Shown: piece after piece, positions 1 through 14,078 of the stretch | How positions within the stretch are numbered: the first letter of the stretch is position 1 | Layout of the letters: each line of letters begins with the position of its first letter | DNA from: Eledone cirrhosa | Lineage: Eukaryota | DNA: 19,100 nucleotides | Direction of reading: 5' to 3' | Assembly (NCBI GenBank): GCA_964016885.1 | Contig: CAXHJY010000417.1 | Span: 1-19,100, forward strand | Program-made: the position numbers and the translations under genes | Notes under the pieces: model-generated | What the model was told of the DNA's origin: nothing | The model's input: only the letters and a program-made list of their open reading frames with translations | The model's database searches: none

Positions 1-387
1 AGTGGTGAAGTACAGATTTCCTACATCACCCCACAAGGAGGTCCTGGGAGTGGTGAAGTACAGATTTCCTACATCACCCCACAGGGAGGTCCTGGGAGTG
101 GTGAAGTACAGATTTCCTACATCACCCCCACAAGGAGGTCCTGGGAGTGGTGAAGTACAGATTTCCTACATCACCCCCACAAGGAGGTCCTGGGAGTGGT
201 GAAGTACAGATTTCCTACATCACCCCCACAAGGAGGTCCTGGGAGTGGTGAAGTACAGATTTCCTACATCACCCCCACAAGGAGGTCCTGGGAGTGGTGA
301 AGTACAGATTTCCTACATCACCCCCACAAGGAGGTCCTGGGAGTGGTGAAGTACAGATTTCCTACATCACCCCCACAGGGAGGTCCT
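1..387. repeat. 48/49-bp tandem minisatellite, ~8 copies (runs off the window's left edge)
   Basis: Unit AGTGGTGAAGTACAGATTTCCTACATCACCCC(C)ACA(A/G)GGAGGTCCTGGG starts at 1, 49, 97, 146, 195, 244, 293 and 342. Copies differ only in C-run length and one A/G site. There are no spacers. Confidence 0.97.
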
Positions 388-555
388 TTCTCTCAACATT
401 TACGTATTCTGAGTACAATTGCTTTGTTTCTAAAACACCGTCTCTCTGATGGGAGGGGGGGGGGTCATGTTTCTTTTTCAGTTTTTATACATTTTTTTAG
501 GTTTCTTTTCTTCCTCAACCGATTTCTATGTAACCCCCCTCCCCAATACCAATAG

Positions 556-2425
556 TACCACCACCACCACCAGCATCACAAAATATCATTACCACCACCA
601 ACACCGTCACTACCACCACCAATACCACCACTACAACCACCAACACCATCACCACAAACACCAACACCACCGCCACCACCATCACCACTACCACCACCAC
701 CACAACCACCACCACCACAACCATCACCACCACGACCACCACCACCACTACCACCAACACCATCACCACAAACACCAACACCATCACTACCACCACCACA
801 AACACCAACACCACCGCCACCACCATCACCACTACCACCACCACCACAACCACCACCACCACAACCATCACCACCACGACCACCACCACCACTACCACCA
901 ACACCATCACCACAAACACCAACACCATCACTACCACCACCACCACCACCACCACCACCATCACCACCACGACCACCACCACCATCACCACCACGACCAC
1001 CACCACCACCACCACCACCACGACCACCATCACCACAAACACCAACACCATCACTACCACCACCACCACCACCACCACCACCATCACCACCACCATCACC
1101 ACCACCACGACCACCACCACGACCACCACCAACACCACAAACACCAACACCATCACTACCACCAACACCACCGCCACCATCACCACCACGACCACCACCA
1201 CCACCATCACCACCACCATCACCACCACGACCACCACCAACACCACCACCATCACCACCACGACCACCACTACCACCAACACCATCACCACAAACACCAA
1301 CACCATCACTACCACCAACACCACCACCATCACCACCACGACCACCACTACCACCAATACCATCACCACAAACACCAACACCATCACTACCACCAACACC
1401 ACCACCACCACCATCACCACCACGACCACCACCACCACCATCACCACCACCATCACCACCACGACCACCACCACCACCATCATCACCACAAACACCAACA
1501 CCATCACTACCACCAACACCACCACCACCATCACCACCACGACCACCACCACCACCATCACCACCACCATCACCACCACGACCACCACCACCACCACCAC
1601 CATCACCACCACGACCACCACTACCACCAACACCATCACCACAAACACCAACACCATCACTACCACCACCGCCACCACCATCACCACTACCACGACCACC
1701 ACCACCACCACCACCATCACCACCACCACGACCACCACCACGACCACCACCATCACCACCACGACCACCACTACCACCAACACCATCACCACAAACACCA
1801 ACACCATCACCACCATCACCACTACCACCACCACCACAACCACCACCACGACCACCATCACCACCACGACCACCACCACCACCACCACCATCACCACCTC
1901 GACCACCACCATCACCACGACCATCACCACCACGACCACCACCACCACCATCATCACCACAAACACCAACACCATCACTACCACCAACACCACCACCACC
2001 ACCATCACCACCACGACCACCACCACCACCATCACCACCACCATCACCACCACGACCACCACCACCACCATCATCACCACAAACACCAACACCATCACTA
2101 CCACCAACACCACCACCACCATCACCACCACGACCACCACCACCACCATCACCACCACGACCACCACCACCACGACCACCACCACCACCACCACCATCAC
2201 CACCACGACCACCACTACCACCAACACCATCACCACAAACACCAACACCATCACTACCACCACCGCCACCACCACCACCACCATCACCACCACGACCACC
2301 ACCACCACCATCACCACCACCACGACCACCACCTCGACCACCACCATCACCACGACCATCACCACAAACACCAACACCATCACTACCACCAACACCGCCG
2401 CCACTACCACCGCCACCACCACCAC
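556..2425. repeat. Imperfect (CAC/ACC)n trinucleotide array with higher-order blocks
   Basis: CAC triplets are interrupted by CAT, GAC, TAC, AAA and CAA. The landmark CACAAACACCAACACCATCACTAC recurs. A 144-bp block is duplicated (AAA landmark at 656 and 800). The array produces the poly-His and poly-Val ORFs. Confidence 0.93.
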
Positions 2426-2621
2426 TAAATGTCTATGTAATGTCCCCTTTCATCCGACGGCCCTTGTGGCAAATAAAAGGCATCACTATTGTGGTTGGTG
2501 TAGTTGTTGTGTGGTCCCTATGCAACAAGCTACTGCAACAGTTGCCACAAATAGCTGCACTTACCCAACTGCAGCTTCCACACTATAGGCACCACCGCTC
2601 TATCTCCATCATACATACATG

Positions 2622-3410
<789 letters not shown>

Positions 3411-3512
3411 CGCACTTAATAAACACTGCAGTGTTTTAGGCTTTATCTTCATAATCACAATCATCATCATCGTCAATATTATAGCTATTATATTTATTAT
3501 TACATAAAAGTA

Positions 3513-4528
3513 TCACCACCACCACCACTAACAGCACCACCACTAACACCACTAACACCACCACTAACAGCACCACTAACAGCACCACCACTAACACCAC
3601 CACCACCACCACTAACACCACCACTAACACCACCACCACCACTAACACCACCACTAACAGCACCACCACTAACACCACCACTAACACCACCACTAACACC
3701 ACTAACACCACCACTAACACCACCACTAACACCACCACCACCACCACTAACACCACCACTAACACCACCACCACCACCACCACCACTAACAGCACCACCA
3801 CTAACAGCACCACCACCACTAACACCACCACCACTAACACCACTAACACCACCACTAACACCACCACTAACACCACCACCACCACCACCACTAACACCAC
3901 CACTAACACCACCACTAACACCACCACCACCACTAACACCACCACTAACAGCACCACCACCACCACCACCACCACTAACAGCACCACCACTAACAGCACC
4001 ACCACCACTAACACCACCACTAACACCACCACCACCACTAACACCACCACTAACACCACCACTAACACCACCACCACCACTAACACCACCACTAACAGCA
4101 CCACCACCACCACCACTAACAGCACCACCACTAACAGCACCACCACCACCACCACTAACACCACCACCACTAACAGCACCACCACCACCACCACTAACAC
4201 CACCACCACCACTAACACCACCACCACTAACAGCACCACCACTAACACCACCACCGCCACCACTAACACCACCACCACCACCACTAACAGCACCACCACT
4301 AACACCACCACCACTAACACCACCACCACTAACAGCACCACCACCGCCACCACTAACACCACCACCAACACCACCACCACTAACAGCACCACCAGCACCA
4401 CTAACATCACCACCACCACCACCACTAACACCACCACCACTAACAGCACCACCACCACCACCACTAACACCACCACCACTAACATCACCACCACCACCAC
4501 CACCACCACTAACACCAACACCACCACT
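3513..4528. repeat. (CCA)n array punctuated by CTAACA / CTAACAGCA
   Basis: Unit (CCA)1-8 CTAACA(GCA) is repeated for ~1 kb and gives the poly-V/L minus-strand ORF. Confidence 0.95.
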
Positions 4529-4646
4529 ACATTAAAATCTCTACACTACTCTCCTTTCTCTCCTTCCTCTTCTCATTGTTTTTCACAGTCTTCCTCAGAG
4601 AATTGCTTTCACCTTTTCCTTCAAATATGTTAAGGTATAAACCCCA

Positions 4647-4648
<2 letters not shown>

Positions 4649-4689
<41 letters not shown>

Positions 4690-4858
4690 TACACACACAC
4701 ACACACATATATATATATACACAGATACACACACACACACATATTTATATATATATACAGATACACACACACACACATATATATATATACAGATACACAT
4801 ACACACACATATATATATATACAGATACACATACACACACATATATATATATACAGAT

Positions 4859-4897
<39 letters not shown>

Positions 4898-5000
4898 CAC
4901 ACAGATACACACACACATATATATATACAGATACACACACACATATATATATACAGATACACACACACACACACACGTATATATATATACAGATACACAT

Positions 5001-5031
<31 letters not shown>

Positions 5032-5036
5032 CAGAT

Positions 5037-5067
<31 letters not shown>

Positions 5068-5072
5068 CAGAT

Positions 5073-5103
<31 letters not shown>

Positions 5104-5108
5104 CAGAT

Positions 5109-5141
<33 letters not shown>

Positions 5142-5146
5142 CAGAT

Positions 5147-5179
<33 letters not shown>

Positions 5180-5196
5180 CAGATACACACACATTT

Positions 5197-5295
<99 letters not shown>

Positions 5296-5320
5296 TTATA
5301 TATATATATATACACACACA
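4649..5320. repeat. Compound (AT)n/(AC)n microsatellite with ACAGATAC punctuation
   Basis: Repeating unit (AT)n-ACAGATAC-(AC)n of ~30-45 bp. Confidence 0.95.
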
Positions 5321-5421
5321 TTGCACACATCTCCATAAATAAGGGAGCTGATAGTTTTGCAGCAACGTCAGCAGTAATATTACTTCTGCAACCTCAGTGC
5401 AGCTATTGATAACATAACAGA

Positions 5422-5795
5422 GGTGGTGGTGGTGTTGGTGGTGGTGTTGGTGGTGTTGGTGTTGGTGGTGATGAAGTGGTGGTGGTGTTGGTGTTGGTGG
5501 TGTTGGTGGTGGTGGTGTTGGTGTTGGTGGTGGTGGTGATGAAGTGGTGGTGGTGTTGGTGTTGGTGGTGGTGGTGGTGTTGGTGGTGGTGATGAAGTGG
5601 TGGTGGTGTTGGTGTTGGTGGTGGTGGTGTTGGTGGTGGTGGTGATGAAGTGGTGGTGGTGTTGGTGTTGAAGTGGTGGTGGTGGTGGTGTTGGTGTTGA
5701 AGTGGTGGTGTTGAAGTGGTGGTGGTGGTGTTGGTGGTGAAGTGGTGGTGGTGGTGTTGGTGGTGATGGTGGTGGGAGGTGTTGCTGGTGGTGGT
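5422..5795. repeat. (GGT)n array with GTT and GATGAAGT punctuation
   Basis: Opposite polarity to the CCA arrays. GTGATGAAGTGG recurs about every 54-60 bp. Confidence 0.92.
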
Positions 5796-5857
5796 ATGTG
5801 TAGTAGAAGTAGTGGTAATGATTGTAGTGTTGGTCGTTGTGGTAATAGTACTAGAGA

Positions 5858-6085
5858 CACGCACACATACACACACATACATCCATTGACACACACAAAT
5901 GTACACATTGACACAAACACATTCACACACCTTTATACACTCACATACCCACGCACAAACATACATACAGACAAACATGCAGATGCCACACACAAACATA
6001 CACACACACAAACATACACACACACAAACATACCCACACAAACCAACGAACACACATACACACACACACACATGCACACCACCAC
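5858..6085. repeat. Degenerate (AC)n low-complexity tract
   Basis: AC dinucleotides with frequent substitutions. Confidence 0.8.
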
Positions 6086-6164
6086 AAAAATGCATTCTAT
6101 TGTTGCCTACCGACATAGGTGGCGCTAGCAGTACGAGATAGTAGCAGCGGCTATAGTGAGGTGT

Positions 6165-6922
6165 GTAGTAGTAGTAGTGGTTGTGTCGGTAGTAGTAGTA
6201 GTAGTGGTGGTTGTGTCGGTGGTAGTAGTAGTGGTGGTTGTGTCGGTAGTAGTAGTAGTGGTGGTGGTTGTGTCGGTAATAGTAGTAGTAGTGGTGGTTG
6301 TGTCGGTGGTAGTAGTAGTAGTAGTGGTGGTTGTGTCGGTGGTAGTAGTAGTAGTAGTGGTGGTTGTGTCGGTAGTAGTAGTAGTAGTAGTAGTGGTGGT
6401 TGTGTCGGTGGTAGTAGTAGTAGTAATAGTAGTGGTGGTTGTGTCAGTGGTAGCAGTAGTAGTAGTGGTGGTTGTGTCGGTGGTAGTAGTAGTAGTAGTG
6501 GTGGTTGTGTCGGTAGTAGTAGTAGTAGTGGTGGTTGTGTCGGTGGTAATAGTAGTAGTAGTGGTGGTTGTGTCGGTGGTAGTAGTAGTAGTAATAGTAG
6601 TGGTGGTTGTGTCAGTGGTAGCAGTAGTAGTAGTGGTGGTTGTGTCGGTGGTAGTAGTAGTAGTGGTGGTTGTGTCAGTGGTAGCAGTAGTAGTAGTGGT
6701 GGTTGTGTCGGTGGTAGTAGTAGTAGTAATAGTAGTGGTGGTTGTGTCGGTAGTAGTAGTAGTAGTGGTGGTTGTGTCGGTGGTAATAGTAGTAGTAGTG
6801 GTGGTTGTGTCAGTAGTAGTAGTAGTGGTGGTTGTGTCGGTAGTAGTAGTAGTAGTAATGGTAGTAGTGGTAGTAGTGGTGGTGGTGATAGTAGTGGTGG
6901 TGGTGATAGTAGTGGTGGTGGT
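6165..6922. repeat. ~27-42-bp triplet-phased minisatellite GGTTGTGTC(G/A)GT(GGT)(AGT)n(GGT)
   Basis: An invariant GGTTGTGTC core recurs with variable AGT runs. All length changes are multiples of 3, which yields the [10 protein letters not shown], poly-V, poly-T/D and PTQPPLLL ORFs. Confidence 0.93.
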
Positions 6923-6935
6923 GTTACTAGTAATA

Positions 6936-7050
6936 TCAACTACAACTACTATTACTACTACTATTACTATCACCACCACGACTACCACCACCATCCTTGC
7001 CACTACCACCACCACAACTACCACCAACATCACCACCACCACCACCACCA
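6936..7050. repeat. (CTA)n/(CCA)n tract, inverted relative to the preceding array
   Basis: Strand polarity switches at the palindrome TTACTAGTAA (6924-6933). Confidence 0.8.
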
Positions 7051-7445
7051 GCCATACCGCCACATGTGGCAGTTTGGCTACACCATTACCTATGCACATT
7101 ACCGTTGTTCGTTGCTACCAACATGGAGCTGCTACTACCTTCATACCATGTGGAGGGAAAATGTGTGTGGGTGGGGGGGGGGGGTCTGCTGCTCCTGAAA
7201 TTAAAGTATTAGTGACTGAGCATTCCAGAACAGAAACATCGTCAATGTGAGTGGGAGGTGGTGGGGAGTAGCTGTATAGTACTACTCCCCCCCCCCACCT
7301 ACTTTTCTATAAACCTATCATGTATCATTGACAATTAGTGTGTCCTTCTCGAATATTATATAAAGCCCTCCCCCTCCCCCACCCCCACATCGAGAACGAA
7401 AAGCATGGCGACGGACCTGTTCCACAGACACGTGTAGCCTTAACG

Positions 7446-8117
7446 TAGCCCTCAGGGAGATTCAGCTGGACGCATTGTTCGACATGTGGGATATTGCTTC
7501 TTAGCCCTCAGGGAGATTCAGCTGGACGCATGGTTCATCAAGTGGGATATTGCTTCTTAGCCCTCAGGGAGATTCAGCTGGACGCATGGTTCGTCATGTG
7601 GGATATTGCTTCTTAGCCCTCAGGGAGATTCAGCTGGACGCATGGTTCGTCATGTGGGATATTGCTTCTTAGCCCTCAGGGAGATTCAGCTGGACGCATC
7701 GTTCGTCAAGTGGGATATTGCATCTTAGACCTAAGGGAGATTCAGCTGGACGCATGGTTCGTCATGTGGGATATTGCTTCTTAGCCCTCAGGGAGATTCA
7801 GCTGGACGCATGGTTCGTCATGTGGGATATTGCTTCTTAGCCCTCAGGGAGATTCAGCTGGACGCATGGTTCGTCATGTGGGATATTGCTTCTTAGCCCT
7901 CAGGGAGATTCAGCTGGACGCATGGTTCGTCATGTGGGATATTGCTTCTTAGCCCTCAGGGAGATTCAGCTGGACGCATGGTTCGTCATGTGGGATATTG
8001 CTTCTTAGCCCTCAGGGAGATTCAGCTGGACGCATGGTTCGTCATGTGGGATATTGCTTCTTAGCCCTCAGGGAGATTCAGCTGGACGCATGGTTCGTCA
8101 TGTGGGATATTGCTTCT
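7446..8117. repeat. 56-bp tandem minisatellite, 12 copies
   Basis: Unit TAGCCCTCAGGGAGATTCAGCTGGACGCATGGTTCGTCATGTGGGATATTGCTTCT starts at 7446, 7502 ... 8062. Substitutions occur only in copies 1, 2, 5 and 6. Confidence 0.98.
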
Positions 8118-8248
8118 TTCAGGCATCAACCATCGGTACACCCATACATGTGGTAGTCTTGTTATCACCACCACTATATAATAGACACATGTGTGATATT
8201 GTTGGTATCAACACTATAACTAAACATGCACTGTTACTATATCTATAA

Positions 8249-12575
<4,327 letters not shown>

Positions 12576-12976
12576 GGTGGCTGCCAACTCGTTTTCGAGT
12601 ACGGCCACTACTTTATATCCATGTAGGAGAACCCCTACTGATGCGCTGAACGAGTGACTTTTTAGTCCAGCCAGCGACTTGAAAACTCTGGTACAAAGAC
12701 TACACTTGTGACAATTATTGACACATAGTGTTGGGCCCATGGTACCATGTGACGACAAGTGCAGAGAGATCTCCAGATATAAAGCAATGCCTGTGCCGTG
12801 AAGCTTTTATAGTGAGCAAAGGCACTGCACAAAGCCAGTCCCACTCTCTTAACCAAGATGATATTTACCAAAAAGAAGAACAAGTCAACATCATTGAATA
12901 CCATCAGGGTTGCAGGTGTTATATCAGAGTTTTCCTTCTCCTAGAATTCTGCCTTGACAAAGGCTAAGGGGTCATC
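12576..12976 (-). mobile_element. RTE-like non-LTR retrotransposon relic or short non-autonomous derivative
   Basis: The minus strand reads [19 protein letters not shown], then after a frameshift RSAHQ-stop (stop at 12635-12637), which restores a C-x2-C-x12-H-x4-H finger. A ~60-nt 3' UTR with the ACTCG-AAAA-CGAGT stem-loop follows, and then the microsatellite tail begins immediately. This layout is typical of RTE-clade 3' ends. CTAGGAGAAGGAAAACTCTGAT (12944-12923) resembles an RTE 5'-UTR motif (from recall). The 5' boundary is uncertain. Confidence 0.68.
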
Positions 12977-12980
12977 TCTT

Positions 12981-13382
12981 ATATATATACATACACACAT
13001 ATATATATATATATATATACACACACATACATATATACACACACATACATATATACATACATATACACACACATACATATATACATACATATACACATAC
13101 ATATATACATACATATATATATACATACACATATATATATATATATATATACACACACATACATATATACATACATATACACATACATATATACATACAT
13201 ATATACACATACATATATATATATATATATACACATACATATATATATATACACATACATATATATATATATATACACATACATATATACATACATATAT
13301 ATATATATATATACATACACACATACATACATATATATATATACATACACACATACATACATATATATATATATATATACAC

Positions 13383-13434
<52 letters not shown>

Positions 13435-13442
13435 ATATATAT
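12981..13442. repeat. Compound (TA)/(CA)/(TACA) microsatellite
   Basis: AT/AC dinucleotide array, flanked by GGTCATC at 12970-12976 and 13443-13449. Confidence 0.95.
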
Positions 13443-13524
13443 GGTCATCAGAGTACTCCGTGTACAATAAATCAGTATCCCACATTGGCTGAATATATAT
13501 ATAATAAATATTTGGTCTACCGGT

Positions 13525-13566
<42 letters not shown>

Positions 13567-13687
13567 CACACAGTTCAAGAGTAACCAATCTTAAAGAGAG
13601 AGATGGAGATAGGAGAGGAGAGGTTATATATATGGAACATTACATTAAGTAACATTCTCTCCTTATTTTAATTTATATTCCTTTGAA

Positions 13688-13806
13688 GTTCCGATGAGCC
13701 GCTCTGTTTTTAAATATGTTAATTATTTTCAACTGAACCAGATCAATAATCATATATAGTCATCTGATCTAGAAATATTATATAGAGTAACGAATCAATT
13801 GTAAAC
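13688..13806 (+). ncRNA. Degenerate minimal type I hammerhead ribozyme-like motif (possible Penelope-like element LTR relic)
   Basis: Layout: GTT-[CCGATGA]-G..GCTCTGT ... ATAGAGT..C-[GAAT]-CAATTG-[TA]-AAC. The order and pairing match CUGANGA / stem II / GAAA / palindromic stem III / UH / stem I. However, there are two core substitutions and stem I is only 3 bp. Confidence 0.35.
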
Positions 13807-13994
13807 GGACATTATTATTATTAATATTATTATTATTATTCTCTACATTCCTTACATCAAACTAAAATATGTTGACAATCTTTTAATAATGTCTTCCTTG
13901 TGAAGTTTGTGGTCTTGTTTTGCTTGACTAACGAATATATATATATATAATCCTTATCGAGCCCTCTTCGGATTTTAGTTTTCACATTTATTAT

Positions 13995-14036
<42 letters not shown>

Positions 14037-14078
14037 TCAGCCATCGGGGTCCCAATTCTTTCTTATATATATATATAT

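Noticed and set aside
449-2428. 659-aa histidine-rich protein with an apparent hydrophobic N-terminus
   Set aside because: The hydrophobic start comes from a T-rich tract after a G homopolymer. The body is a triplet microsatellite that is also open on the opposite strand.
3513-4528. Telomere-like repeat (CTAAC-containing units)
   Set aside because: The units are CCACTAACA variants, not CCCTAA or CCTAA tandem repeats.
7229-7252. Micro-exon ending at a GTGAGT donor
   Set aside because: There is no convincing polypyrimidine acceptor upstream, and an isolated donor hexamer is expected by chance.
7446-8117. Hammerhead motif in the 56-bp unit (minus strand CTGAGGG...GAAC...GTC)
   Set aside because: Both core boxes deviate, and the required stems do not pair.
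12940-13500. HDV-like or hammerhead ribozyme on the minus strand (CTGATGA near 13451-13445; GCCTT/AAGGC hairpin)
   Set aside because: I could not find matching P1/P2/P3 partners, or a properly placed GAAA, stem III and stem I.
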